DNA of 64,000 nucleotides from a bacterium (GCA_028821265.1 JAPPGU010000002.1:904-64903); one strand, 5' to 3'. Counted from the stretch's first letter, positions 35,134 to 44,889 are shown. The notes: generated from the sequence alone by a model not told the origin. Made by a program: numbers and translations.

Positions 35134-36090
35134 TCAAGTAACGGAGGGAACGACTTCGTAGCCGGGCTGCTCGGGCTCGGTGTCGACTACTTCCTCGGGG
35201 AAGCCCGGGGCTCGCAGGTCGACACCGCAGGCATCCTCGAGGAAGCGGACGATGCCCGGTGACCAGGCTCTGGACCCGTAGATTTGCTCGCCCCGGCGGA
35301 AGATGTCCAGCACCAGCGGGGACAGCTCGAGGGGCGTGTCCTGCTGGTCGGCCAGTTGCTGGAACAGTGACATGTCCTTCACCACCAGGTCCATCGTGAA
35401 GTTGATGTTGTAGCTGCCGTTCAGGATCACCTGGGACTCGGTCTCGTGGACGAACGAGTTGCCGGAACTGATGCGGATCGCCTCGTAGGCGGTGTTCAGG
35501 TCCATCCCGGACCGGCGAGCCACCATCAGCGCCTCGCCGAGCGCCACCAGGTGCACAGAGGCCAGGTAGTTGGTCACCACCTTGAGAACGGAGGCCGATC
35601 CGAGTCCCCCCACGTGGAGGATCCGGCGGCCCATGGTGGTGAGTACCGGCAGGGCCCGCTCGAAATCCTCCCGTTCGGCGCCCACGAAGATGGAGATGTT
35701 GCCGGTCGCCGCCCGGTGGCATCCGCCCGATACCGGCCCGTCCATGGGGCGGGCGCCCCTGCCCACGACCAACTCGCCGAGACGCCGCACCTCGGCCTCG
35801 TCGGTGGTGCTCATCTCGAGCCAGATCTTGCCGTCGCCGAGACCCTCCAACACCCCGTCCGCGCCTTCCATCACCGAACGCACCACGGCGGGAGAGGGCA
35901 AGCAGGTGATGACGAGATCGCAAGCTTCGGCAAGTTCCCGGTTCGTATCCGCCCACCCGGCCCCGCTGTCCAGCAGCGGCTGCGCCGCAGCACTGTCCAG
36001 ATCCCGGACCACCATCTCGAATCCGTTTCGCAACAGGCTCTTCGACAGCTTGGAGCCCACGTTGCCCAGTCCGATGAAACCAACCTTCAT
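35134..36090 (-). CDS. NAD(P)-dependent 3-hydroxyisobutyrate / 6-phosphogluconate dehydrogenase-family oxidoreductase
   Basis: MKVGFIGLGNVGSKL Rossmann start at 36090 preceded by GGGAGG. GGLGSASVLKVVTNY is the family motif. Confidence 0.85.
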   Translation of the reverse strand: MKVGFIGLGNVGSKLSKSLLRNGFEMVVRDLDSAAAQPLLDSGAGWADTNRELAEACDLVITCLPSPAVVRSVMEGADGVLEGLGDGKIWLEMSTTDEAEVRRLGELVVGRGARPMDGPVSGGCHRAATGNISIFVGAEREDFERALPVLTTMGRRILHVGGLGSASVLKVVTNYLASVHLVALGEALMVARRSGMDLNTAYEAIRISSGNSFVHETESQVILNGSYNINFTMDLVVKDMSLFQQLADQQDTPLELSPLVLDIFRRGEQIYGSRAWSPGIVRFLEDACGVDLRAPGFPEEVVDTEPEQPGYEVVPSVT

Positions 36091-36136
36091 GATGCGACCT
36101 CCCGCGGGTCCCGGAGCGACGGTGGCATGACGATCA

Positions 36137-36392
36137 CCGGTGGCCTGACCAGGCGAAAGAACGCGAAAAACGCGGAAAGCGGGTCCCGCCCGCCGGGCCC
36201 TCCCCCGCCACCACCTCTCCTGGCTCGGAGCGTGGCAGGCCATGCTCGGCCGGCGGCCGGACGAGACGGCTCTCGCTCCATTGAGCATGTATTTGTTCCC
36301 TCAGGCCCGGCCGAACCGATCGGTCGAAGCTGCGGCCGGCATGGGTGCTTGGCGATATTCAACATATGGTGGGGGTGTGACAAGTTCAACCC
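36137..36392. repeat. intergenic segment paralogous to 25723..25941
   Basis: It has the same three sequence blocks in the same order as the 25.7-kb copy. It lies between two minus-strand genes. Confidence 0.5.
36361..36389 (-). promoter_or_regulatory. candidate promoter TTGAAC-17 nt-TATGTT (minus strand) giving a roughly 260-nt leader for the dehydrogenase gene
   Basis: The hexamers were read on the minus strand inside the conserved GTGTGACA block. A GCGGG-CGGGA-CCCGC hairpin plus a T-rich run follows before the RBS. Confidence 0.3.
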
Positions 36393-36419
36393 TTCCGTCC
36401 GGACCGCTCTGCCCAGGCG

Positions 36420-37163
36420 TCAGAAAGCCGTGTAGCCGCCGTCCGCCACCATTGCGGCGCCGGTCGTGAACGAGGACTCGTCCCCGGCCAGGTAGAGCAC
36501 GGCTCGAGCAATCTCCTCGGGCCGTCCGAGCCTCCGCATCATGTGCAAGCCCTCCAGCCTGGTGAGGCGTTCCTCGGTGAGCGGGCTGAGCAGGGGTGTG
36601 TCGATGGCGCCCGGGCAGACGGCGTTGACCCGGATGCCCGCCGCGGCGTGGTCGTAGGCCATGCACCGCACCAGGCCGATCACGCCGTGTTTCGACGTGT
36701 TGTAGGCCACCTGGCCCTTCTCCCCCGTCATACCCGCCACCGAGGCGATGCAGACTATGGAACCTCCCCCGGCTCGCTCCATGTGGGGAACGGCGTGGCG
36801 GCAGGCGAGGAAGATCGACTTGAGGTTCACGGCCATCACCCGGTCCCAGAGTTCCTCGGTCGCCTCCGTCACCGTTCCCTTGCCGGCGATGCCGGCGTTG
36901 TTGACCAGGATGTCCAGGCAGCCGAAGCGTTCGATCGCCGTGTCGATCATCCGCTTGCAGTCCGAGTCAGAGGTGACATCGGCCTGCACGAACACGGCCT
37001 CCCCACCACCGGACGTGACCTCCTCTACCACCCCTGTGGCAGGACCGCTTCTCATGTCCGCCAGGACGAGCCTGGCCCCCTCGGCGGCGAAGAGACGTGC
37101 GGTGGCCGCCCCGATCCCCTGGCCCGCGCCGGTGACGACCGCCGCTTTGCCCTCAAGCCTCAT
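36420..37163 (-). CDS. short-chain dehydrogenase/reductase (FabG-like)
   Basis: TGAGQGIG, NNAG and YNTSK motifs; 247 aa. Confidence 0.85.
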   Translation of the reverse strand: MRLEGKAAVVTGAGQGIGAATARLFAAEGARLVLADMRSGPATGVVEEVTSGGGEAVFVQADVTSDSDCKRMIDTAIERFGCLDILVNNAGIAGKGTVTEATEELWDRVMAVNLKSIFLACRHAVPHMERAGGGSIVCIASVAGMTGEKGQVAYNTSKHGVIGLVRCMAYDHAAAGIRVNAVCPGAIDTPLLSPLTEERLTRLEGLHMMRRLGRPEEIARAVLYLAGDESSFTTGAAMVADGGYTAF

Positions 37164-37259
37164 GCGTACGTCCTGCTCATCGTGGAACCCTACCGTTTGT
37201 CACAACGACGTTAGGGAACGGACAACCACCGGCGTGTCTCTCTTTCGGACCGGCGCGGA

Positions 37260-38075
37260 TCAGCTGGCCAGGAAGTCGAGGATGACTTCGACCGACCGGT
37301 CGATCTCCTCGACGTAGTGGCCATGGCCGCTGTTCTCGAATATCTCCAGGCGCCCGTTCGGGAGGTTGTCGGCCACCCATCGGGCCCCTGCGCCTCCCGG
37401 CCCGGCGTCCAGGGGCGTCAGGATGTCATGGCGACCGCACATCACCAGGGCGGGCGCCGTCACGTTCGGAACCACGTCCCGGACGTCGGTGTCGATCATC
37501 GCCTGGCACGCGTCGATGAACACGTCCGTATCCGTGTTGCGCTCCAGCACCGCCAGGGTCTCCCGGAGGATGTCGTCGCCCATCTCGTCCAGGAGCCTTC
37601 TCCCGAAGGCCTTGGTGAGTAACTCCCTGGCCAGTTGCTCGGACACGGCGCCGTAGGCGGAGGCGACGTCCTGCCATACGCGGAACATGTGGATGCCCAT
37701 GGCGTCGCACTTGGCGACGGCACCCGCTCCCATCAGCAGCTTGTCGGTCTTCTCCGGAAACCGGGCGGCGAAGTCGAGGGCTATGAAACTCCCCATCGAC
37801 CCGCCGTGGATGTGGGCCTTCTCGATCTCGAGGGCGTCCATCAGGGCAGCCAGGTCGGCACTCCAGGTCTCGAGCGTGTAACGCTGCTTGGGACGGCTGC
37901 TGAGGCCGTAGCCGCGATGGTCGTAGTCCAGCACCCGGAAGTGCTCGGAGACACCTGGGGTGATGGTGGCATACCCCTCGTGGCCGCTCACCGCGCCGCC
38001 GATCTGGACCACCGTCTCGCCGGAGCCCGAGAACTTGTACCAGAGATCGACTCCGTTGACCCTTACCGTCGCCAT
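37260..38075 (-). CDS. alpha/beta hydrolase
   Basis: Nucleophile elbow HGGSMG, and a late GHGHY histidine in an HG-type context; 271 aa. Confidence 0.8.
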   Translation of the reverse strand: MATVRVNGVDLWYKFSGSGETVVQIGGAVSGHEGYATITPGVSEHFRVLDYDHRGYGLSSRPKQRYTLETWSADLAALMDALEIEKAHIHGGSMGSFIALDFAARFPEKTDKLLMGAGAVAKCDAMGIHMFRVWQDVASAYGAVSEQLARELLTKAFGRRLLDEMGDDILRETLAVLERNTDTDVFIDACQAMIDTDVRDVVPNVTAPALVMCGRHDILTPLDAGPGGAGARWVADNLPNGRLEIFENSGHGHYVEEIDRSVEVILDFLAS

Positions 38076-38143
38076 CCGACCACCTCCCTAGAACGCCGTG
38101 CCTGGCCGCTAACTCTACGTCGGTGAGACCAGGCCTGCGGTGC

Positions 38144-38977
38144 CTAGCAGCCGGCTGCCTCCACCGGGTTGGTGAGGCGACCGATACCCTCGACCTCTAG
38201 GGTGACCTCATCGCCGGCACGCAGGTACTCGGGAGGCTTGCGAGCCATGCCCACCCCGCTGGGCGTTCCGGTCGAGATGACGGCCCCCACCCCGAGGGTG
38301 AGGTGCTGGGACATGTGGGACACGAGCTGGGGCACGTTGAATATCAGATCGGACGTCTCGCCGTCCTGCTTGATCTCGCCATTCACCCACAACTTGACAT
38401 CGAGGTCGCCGGCGGCGCCCAACTCGTCGGCCGTGACGATCCAGGGACCCATCGGCTTGAAGGTGTCGAACGACTTGGCCCGGCTCCACTGACCCTCGCT
38501 GAGCTGGATGTCCCGGGCCGATACATCGTTGACGATGGTGTAGCCGGCGATGTAGTCGACGGCGTCCTCCTCGGAAACGCAGCAGGCCTCCTTGCCGATC
38601 ACCACCGCCAGCTCCACCTCCCAGTCCACCTTGTCGGTGAAGGGAGGCAGGCAGATGGCGTCGCCCGGGTTGATGATCGAGGAGTTGAAGAAGGGGAAGC
38701 AGATCGGGGACTCGGGGATGGCGGCGCCCGTCTCCGCGGCATGGAGCCGGTAGTTGAGGCCTATACCCAGGAACTGCGGCGGGTCGGCGACCGGCGCCAG
38801 CAACTGCACGTCCGAGAGCGAATGCTCGGGACCGGCCGCATCGAAAAGGGCCGCCAGCGCTTCCCGGTCACCCAGAACGTCCATCAGCTGGGTCCCGTCC
38901 TTCACCGGACAGACCTGCTCGCCACAGACGAGCCCCCAGCCCTCCGAACCTCCCACGTTGAATCGAGCTATCCGCAT
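38144..38977 (-). CDS. fumarylacetoacetate hydrolase (FAH) family protein
   Basis: DWEVELAVVIG, NDVSARD and GTPSGVG motifs. Confidence 0.85.
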   Translation of the reverse strand: MRIARFNVGGSEGWGLVCGEQVCPVKDGTQLMDVLGDREALAALFDAAGPEHSLSDVQLLAPVADPPQFLGIGLNYRLHAAETGAAIPESPICFPFFNSSIINPGDAICLPPFTDKVDWEVELAVVIGKEACCVSEEDAVDYIAGYTIVNDVSARDIQLSEGQWSRAKSFDTFKPMGPWIVTADELGAAGDLDVKLWVNGEIKQDGETSDLIFNVPQLVSHMSQHLTLGVGAVISTGTPSGVGMARKPPEYLRAGDEVTLEVEGIGRLTNPVEAAGC

Positions 38978-39044
38978 TCACTCCCTTCCCGGTAGCGTCG
39001 GGCGGCATTGTATATGATCCGAATCGGCGCGAAGGAGGTGACCA

Positions 39045-39437
39045 CTGGGGATCGAAGCCGTCGAAGTAGAGGCCTTGAGCGATCCTCCTGAGCCCTATTC
39101 CCACGCCATCCGGGCCGGTAACACCATCTACCTGGCCGGTCAGGTGGCCTTCGACCGGGACGGCGAGATCGTGGGGGACACCGTGGAACAGCAGGCCAGG
39201 CAGGTGTGGCGGAACATCGAGGACGTGCTGGCGGCGGCGGGTAGCTCGGTCGCCGACGTGGTCAAGGTCACCTACATCATGCAGGACATCCGGGAGATTT
39301 CCGAGGAGTTCCCCGTCCGTGAGGAGGTGTTCGCCGGGAGGCCGTTTCCGGCGGTGACCGCGATGCAGGCGGCGGCACTGGGACTGCCCGGCCTCAAGAT
39401 GGAGGTGGATGTGATCGCGGTGGTGCCAGGTGGCTGA
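39045..39437 (+). CDS. ridA: RidA/YjgF family deaminase
   Basis: PEPYSHAIRAGNTIYLAGQVA... and a C-terminal EVDVIAV. GAAGGAGG precedes a CTG at 39045, and the track start is a TTG at 39075. The start is uncertain. Confidence 0.8.
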   Translation: MGIEAVEVEALSDPPEPYSHAIRAGNTIYLAGQVAFDRDGEIVGDTVEQQARQVWRNIEDVLAAAGSSVADVVKVTYIMQDIREISEEFPVREEVFAGRPFPAVTAMQAAALGLPGLKMEVDVIAVVPGG

Positions 39438-39627
39438 CCCGATCCCCGAGGCCGTTTCCGAAGCCCTATCCCGGCACGGCTTGACCGGACCGGCGTTCGA
39501 CGCGGTGGCGATCGCCGAGGCGCTGGCCGGTTGGGACGAAGCAGGAGGGATCCTGGACCGGCTGCTGTCAAGGCACGAGGCGGACGCCCCCGCTGCCAAC
39601 CCGACCTCCTTCTCCCCGAAGTGGTGA
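39430..39627 (+). CDS. 65-aa acidic helical protein, candidate GatC/AtzG-like amidase partner
   Basis: Its GTG overlaps the ridA stop (GTGGCTGA), and its stop overlaps the amidase GTG start (GTGGTGA). The C-terminal EADAPAANPTSF recalls the DUF4089/AtzG-like tail. Confidence 0.4.
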   Translation: MADPIPEAVSEALSRHGLTGPAFDAVAIAEALAGWDEAGGILDRLLSRHEADAPAANPTSFSPKW

Positions 39628-41036
39628 CGGGACCCGTGAGCGCCCGCTCCATAGCAAGCATCGCCCGCCAACTCCGTGAGGGCGCCACCACTTCCGTGGC
39701 GGTCACCCGGCGCGCGCTCGATGGCATCGATCAGACCGACACCCGGCTCAACGCCTTCGCTCTCGTGGACCGGGAGGGAGCGATGCGAGCTGCCGAGCAG
39801 GCCGACCGGGTCCTGGACTCGGGAGAGGGGGCCGGGCCGCTGACCGGAGTCCCGGTCGCCATCAAGGACATCATCCACATGACGGGCCTTCCCACCCGAT
39901 GCGGATCGCCCGCCTATCCCGACACGCCCCGCGACCACGACGCAGCCGTCGTCGGCAGGCTGCGCGAGGCGGGCGCGGTGATGGTCGGCAAGACGACCAC
40001 CCATGAGTTGGCCTGCGGCGTCTCCAGCCCTCCGGCCGCCAATCCATGGGACACTGCCCGCCTGCCGGGCGGGTCCAGCGGTGGATCCGGCGCGGCCGTG
40101 GCCGCCGGAGTGGTGCCGATGGCGCTCGGGAGCGACACGGGCGGATCGATCAGGATTCCCGCGTCGGTCTGCGGGATCGCCGGCCTCAAGCCGACCTTCG
40201 GGAGGGTGTCCCGCGCCGGAGTCGAGACCCTGGCCTGGTCCCTGGACCACATCGGACCGCTGGCCGCCACCGTGGAGGACTGCGCCGCCACGCTCCAGAT
40301 CCTGGCGGGCCACGATCCGGCCGATCCTCCGACCGAGCCCACTCCCCCACCCGACTACTCCGCGGAGCTGGGCCGTGGGGTGGACGGGCTGCGGCTCGGC
40401 ATCATGGCGACGCCGCCCTTCTCCCCGATGCAGGAAGACGTGGAGCGGGCGTTCCGCGATGCGGTCGAGCACCTGGAAGGGCTCGGGGCCGACGTGGTTC
40501 CCGTCGACATCCCGGAACTGGTCTTCACCCTTGACACCGAGTTCTCCATCGTCGGACCCGAGGCCGCCGCCTACCACCGTCGGCTGCTCCGGGAGTCGCC
40601 GGAATTGATCTCTCCGGACATCCGCGAGCTGTTCACCATCGGCACGATCCTGCCGTCGACCCACTACCTCAGGGGCCTCGGCGCCCGCCGGGTCATCCGT
40701 GAAGCCCTGCGGCGGGCGTTCGACCGGGACCGGCTGGACGCAGCGATAACCCCCACCCTGCCCGCTACGGCCGCCCTTGCAGACCAGGAGATGATCGACT
40801 ACGGGGAGATGGAGGAGGGCGTGATCACTTCCTACGTGCGTACGACCGCCCCCTTCAACCTGAGCGGCCAGCCTGCGCTCACCGTCCCGTGCGGGTTCGA
40901 TCGGGACGGCCTACCGATCGGCCTCCAGATCGCCGGGCGTCCTTTCGATGAGGTCACGGTCCTCCGGATCGGCGCCGCCTACGAGGCGACCACGACCTGG
41001 TCGGACCACCGGCCGCCGGTCCGGGTAGACGGCTAG
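39621..41036 (+). CDS. amidase-signature family amidase (GatA/AtzE-like)
   Basis: GGSSGGSGAAVAAG and GSDTGGSIRIPA signature sequences, with a Ser-cisSer-Lys context. Confidence 0.85.
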   Translation: MVTGPVSARSIASIARQLREGATTSVAVTRRALDGIDQTDTRLNAFALVDREGAMRAAEQADRVLDSGEGAGPLTGVPVAIKDIIHMTGLPTRCGSPAYPDTPRDHDAAVVGRLREAGAVMVGKTTTHELACGVSSPPAANPWDTARLPGGSSGGSGAAVAAGVVPMALGSDTGGSIRIPASVCGIAGLKPTFGRVSRAGVETLAWSLDHIGPLAATVEDCAATLQILAGHDPADPPTEPTPPPDYSAELGRGVDGLRLGIMATPPFSPMQEDVERAFRDAVEHLEGLGADVVPVDIPELVFTLDTEFSIVGPEAAAYHRRLLRESPELISPDIRELFTIGTILPSTHYLRGLGARRVIREALRRAFDRDRLDAAITPTLPATAALADQEMIDYGEMEEGVITSYVRTTAPFNLSGQPALTVPCGFDRDGLPIGLQIAGRPFDEVTVLRIGAAYEATTTWSDHRPPVRVDG

Positions 41037-41047
41037 TGCCAGGCGAC

Positions 41048-42052
41048 ATGCGGGTCCTGGTGTTCGACGGACCCCATCGGTTCCACATCGAGACCCGGCC
41101 GCGCCCGGCTCCCGGGCCCGGCGAAGTCCGGCTCCGGATGGCCCATGTGGGTATCTGCGGATCCGACCTGCACGGCTACACCGGCGAATCGGGACGGCGG
41201 CTTCCCGGCATGATCATGGGTCACGAGGCGAGCGGTTGGGTCGAGGCTCAGGGCCCGGGGGTCGACGGTCCGGAGGTCGGCACGCCGGTCACGTTCAACC
41301 CCAGCCTGCCGTGCGACGGGGCCTGCGGACACGTGCTCGAGAACCACTGCGCGGCCTTGAGGGTGATCGGCGTGACGCCCGACATCCAGGGCGCCTTCGC
41401 CGATGCGATCGTGGTCCCCGCCGCCCGGGTGGTGCCGCTGGGCGAGCTGAGCATGCTGTGGGGCGCGGGCGTGGAGCCCATGGCGGTGGCTCTCCAGGCC
41501 ACCCGCCGGGCGGGTGTCCGGCCCGGCCAGGACGTTCTCGTGGTCGGAGGAGGGATGATCGGCCAGTCCATCGCCCAGACCTGCCGCCTGGAAGGAGCCG
41601 CCTCGGTGAGCGTGTCGGATCCCATGCCCTCCCGCCGGGCGCTGGCCCGGGCCGGAGGCTTCAGGGATCTCGAACCCGGCCAGGTCGATGAGGCCGGCCC
41701 GTTCGATGTCTCCTTCGACGCGGTGGGGATCACCGCCACCGCCTACGCCGCCATCCAGAACATCCCCAAGGCGGCAGTGGCCTGCTTCGTGGGGCTGGGG
41801 CTTCCCAAGGTGAGCATCCCGCTCTTCGACGTGGTGGTCAGCGAGCGGATGGTCGTGGGCAGCTTCTGCTATCCGGACGCCGTGTTCGAGGAGGCCGCCG
41901 GCCACCTCGCCGCCGGGCGGCTGGATCTCGACCTGCTCATCGGGAGCGAGGAGAGCTTCGAGGACACCGCCCGTGCTTTCGAGGACCTGGCCACTGGAGT
42001 TCGTACCGATGCCAAGATCATGATGTCCACAGGCCTCGCCGCTCCCGTCTAG
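41048..42052 (+). CDS. zinc-dependent dehydrogenase (MDR, threonine/sorbitol dehydrogenase-like)
   Basis: GICGSDLH, GHEASG and GGGMIG motifs. The ATG at 41048 is preferred over the GTG at 41036. Confidence 0.8.
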   Translation: MRVLVFDGPHRFHIETRPRPAPGPGEVRLRMAHVGICGSDLHGYTGESGRRLPGMIMGHEASGWVEAQGPGVDGPEVGTPVTFNPSLPCDGACGHVLENHCAALRVIGVTPDIQGAFADAIVVPAARVVPLGELSMLWGAGVEPMAVALQATRRAGVRPGQDVLVVGGGMIGQSIAQTCRLEGAASVSVSDPMPSRRALARAGGFRDLEPGQVDEAGPFDVSFDAVGITATAYAAIQNIPKAAVACFVGLGLPKVSIPLFDVVVSERMVVGSFCYPDAVFEEAAGHLAAGRLDLDLLIGSEESFEDTARAFEDLATGVRTDAKIMMSTGLAAPV

Positions 42053-42060
42053 AGGATTGG

Positions 42061-42137
42061 TGTCAGCGGTCAATGGTCACTAGTCAATGATCTTTAACAG
42101 CAAACTAGCAGTTAGCAAATAGCACCTAGCAACTAAG
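42061..42137. repeat. hybrid degenerate heptamer array: four GGTCAnT-like units then six AACTAGC-like units, all in one 7-nt phase
   Basis: Units read in phase: tgtcagc ggtcaat ggtcact agtcaat gatcttt aacagca aactagc agttagc aaatagc acctagc aactaag. The last unit runs into the AAGGAG RBS of the gene starting at 42149. Confidence 0.85.
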
Positions 42138-42148
42138 GAGCCGAACCC

Positions 42149-42967
42149 GTGCCGTTCGCATCGTTACCGACCGGAATCGACATGTACTACGAGGTGGAGG
42201 GAACCGGCGACCCGTTGCTGCTCATCATGGGCACCGCCGCCGACCACTCAACCTGGGCGGGGCAGGTGGCCGCATACCGCGACGACTACACGGTGATCAC
42301 CTATGACGCCCGAGGCACCGGCCAGACCACCCGGCCCGCGGATCCCACCACCTACTCGATGCGGGTACTGGGCGATGACGCCGCCGCCCTGCTGGACCAT
42401 CTCGGTATCGAGCGGGCCCACGTATCGGGGCTCTCGCTGGGGAGCGCCACCGCCCAGGAAATGACCATCAACCATCCGTCCAAGGTGTCTTCGGTGCAGC
42501 TCCATTGCACGTGGGGCTACTCGGACGAGTGGTTCATCAGGATGATCGACACCAACGAACTCCCCGTGCTCCACGAGGACTACGCCATGTACATCCGTAC
42601 GGCGCTGCTGTGGGTGGCCAGCCCTCACTTCATCAACGAGCGCCCCGACGACGTGGCCGCCTTCGAGCGGGGGTTCATCTTCGAGAACCCCCATCCGCCC
42701 AGCCGCGACGGGATGCTGGGGCACTTCCACGCCGACAAGACCCACGACACGCTCGACCGGCTGCACCTGATCCGGGTACCCACCCTGATCACCTCGGGCG
42801 AGGTGGACTGGCAGGTACCCACCCGCTACGGGCGACAGGTCCAGAGGCGGATCCCAGGCTCGACCATGCATGTGTTCACCGGCCCCGCGTCGAGCCACAT
42901 CGCGTTCTACGAGATGGCCGACGAGTGGAACGACTTCACGCTCGGATGGTTGAAGCGCCTCGGCTGA
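42149..42967 (+). CDS. alpha/beta hydrolase
   Basis: Nucleophile elbow SGLSLGS and an HG-type N-terminal motif; 272 aa. Confidence 0.8.
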   Translation: MPFASLPTGIDMYYEVEGTGDPLLLIMGTAADHSTWAGQVAAYRDDYTVITYDARGTGQTTRPADPTTYSMRVLGDDAAALLDHLGIERAHVSGLSLGSATAQEMTINHPSKVSSVQLHCTWGYSDEWFIRMIDTNELPVLHEDYAMYIRTALLWVASPHFINERPDDVAAFERGFIFENPHPPSRDGMLGHFHADKTHDTLDRLHLIRVPTLITSGEVDWQVPTRYGRQVQRRIPGSTMHVFTGPASSHIAFYEMADEWNDFTLGWLKRLG

Positions 42968-43044
42968 GCCGGCCTGCCCCCAACCCTCCGTCCCCGGGAC
43001 CGCCCGTTCGGTAGCGCTACCAGGCCGGACGGTCGGGAGCGGGG

Positions 43045-43584
43045 TTACCGGCCGTGGGCCTCGTCGTAGCTGGCGCCGCCCGTGCCCTCGACCCAGTAGC
43101 GGCGGGCCCAGCCCACTCCCTGCCAGCTGGTGACCTCGCTGGGCACTACCTTGATCAGCCAGCGGGGCTGGTTGATGGTTCCGGTCAGGTATTCCGGACC
43201 GTTGGGGCCCAGGTACCGGTAGGACATCTCCTTGGCGACCTCCACCCAGTGGCCGCCTACGTTGGGTTCCTCGACGATCTCGGCCATGCCCTGCATGATC
43301 ACCTTGGGAATCTCGACGCTCCGGCCCATCTCGTCCGGCTCGCTGTGGGGGGCATCCACCACTACGGAGACCCGCGGGTCGGCCTTCATGTACTCGCACC
43401 ACACCGCCCGCTGGCGACCCACGAACCACATCGCCTCGCCGTCCCACTGGTACCAGAGGGGAATGACGTACGGGGCGCCATCGGGCGTCAGGCAGGCCAC
43501 CCGAGCCAGGTAGCTCCCCTCCAGGAAGGCATCGAACTCCTCGCCTTCCAGTCCCCCTAGCTTCCCCCGAAAATCCTCGGCCAT
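43045..43584 (-). CDS. pyridoxamine 5'-phosphate oxidase-like (split beta-barrel, possibly F420/FMN-binding) protein
   Basis: 179 aa from the ATG at 43584. The LARVACLTPDGAPYVIPLWYQWDGEAMWF pattern fits. The longer track ORF is an upstream extension. Confidence 0.7.
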   Translation of the reverse strand: MAEDFRGKLGGLEGEEFDAFLEGSYLARVACLTPDGAPYVIPLWYQWDGEAMWFVGRQRAVWCEYMKADPRVSVVVDAPHSEPDEMGRSVEIPKVIMQGMAEIVEEPNVGGHWVEVAKEMSYRYLGPNGPEYLTGTINQPRWLIKVVPSEVTSWQGVGWARRYWVEGTGGASYDEAHGR

Positions 43585-43726
43585 CCCGTGTCGCCTTTCT
43601 GTTCGCGGCTGTCGGTGGCATTGATCCCATCGACCATGCCCCTCCATACTATCCGCAGGCGCGGAACCGGCATGGGTCGCACCGGCTCGGGCGCTCCGGT
43701 AGGGGCACCATATAGAATGGCCGCCA

Positions 43727-44788
43727 ATGCCTTCCGTTCCCCCGCCCGCCGCTGCTGCCAACGGCAGCCACGAAGTAGCTCTCTCGGTCCGGGACCTGGT
43801 GAAGACCTTTCTGGTGGGAGGCGGTGTCTTCGGCGGCGAGAAGGGGGAGGTCTCGGCGGTGGCCGGAGTCTCCTTCGAGATCGGCGCCGGCCGCACCCTG
43901 GGTCTGGTCGGCGAGTCGGGATGCGGCAAGTCCACCACCGCCCGCAGCATCCTGCGCCTCATCGAGCCCACGTCCGGTGAGGTGGTTCTCACCCGTCCGC
44001 TCGACGGAGGGGGCAGCGAGCGGATCGACGTCATCGCGGCGGATCGGCGCCAACTGCGGGAACTGCGCCGCCACATGCAGATCGTCTTCCAGGACCCATT
44101 CGCCTCCCTCAATCCCCGCATGTCGGTGGGGACCGCTATCGGCGAACTGCTCCATGTCCACACCTCTCTCACCAGGAAAGAGCGCGGCGATCGGGTGGGC
44201 GAACTGCTCTCGCTGGTGGGGATGAACCCCAACGTCGCCGACCGGTACCCTCACGAGTTCTCCGGCGGGCAGCGCCAGCGGATCGGCGTGGCCCGGGCCC
44301 TGGCGCTCAATCCGGGCTTCCTGATCCTGGACGAGCCGGTATCGGCCCTGGACGTGTCCATCCAGGCCCAGGTTCTCAACCTCTTGGAGGAACTGCAGGA
44401 CCGGCTGGGGCTCACCTACCTGTTCATCGCCCATGACCTGGCGGTGGTGCGTCACATATGCGATGACACCGCGGTCATGTATCTGGGCAAGATCGTGGAG
44501 CAGGCCAGCACCGACCGCCTTTTCTCGGCGCCCATGCACCCCTACACCCAGGCTCTCCTGTCTGCGGTGCCAACGCCCAACCCGAAGATCCAGCGGCAGC
44601 GCTCCAGGATCCTGCTGGAGGGTGACGTGCCGAGCCCGCTCAACCCACCGTCCGGGTGCCGGTTCCACACCCGATGCCCGATCGGGAGGGACAAGGAGGT
44701 CTGCCGCGCGGAGGAACCACTCCTGAAGGAGGAGGCGCCCGGCCACCTGGTGGCCTGCCACTTCGCTGAAGCGAAGGCCATCATCTGA
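43727..44788 (+). CDS. ABC transporter ATP-binding protein (oligopeptide/dipeptide OppF/DppF type), no permease genes adjacent
   Basis: Walker [10 protein letters not shown], signature FSGGQRQR, Walker B LILDEP, and a C-terminal oligopeptide-type extension with CRF..RCP. Confidence 0.85.
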   Translation: MPSVPPPAAAANGSHEVALSVRDLVKTFLVGGGVFGGEKGEVSAVAGVSFEIGAGRTLGLVGESGCGKSTTARSILRLIEPTSGEVVLTRPLDGGGSERIDVIAADRRQLRELRRHMQIVFQDPFASLNPRMSVGTAIGELLHVHTSLTRKERGDRVGELLSLVGMNPNVADRYPHEFSGGQRQRIGVARALALNPGFLILDEPVSALDVSIQAQVLNLLEELQDRLGLTYLFIAHDLAVVRHICDDTAVMYLGKIVEQASTDRLFSAPMHPYTQALLSAVPTPNPKIQRQRSRILLEGDVPSPLNPPSGCRFHTRCPIGRDKEVCRAEEPLLKEEAPGHLVACHFAEAKAII

Positions 44789-44889
44789 GGGGTCCTGACG
44801 AAGCGGGATCTCCGAGCGCCGATCTCCGGCGGCTAGCCCGTGATCGGACCCACTTCGAGTTCGACGCCTCGCTGGCGCCCGCCATCACG

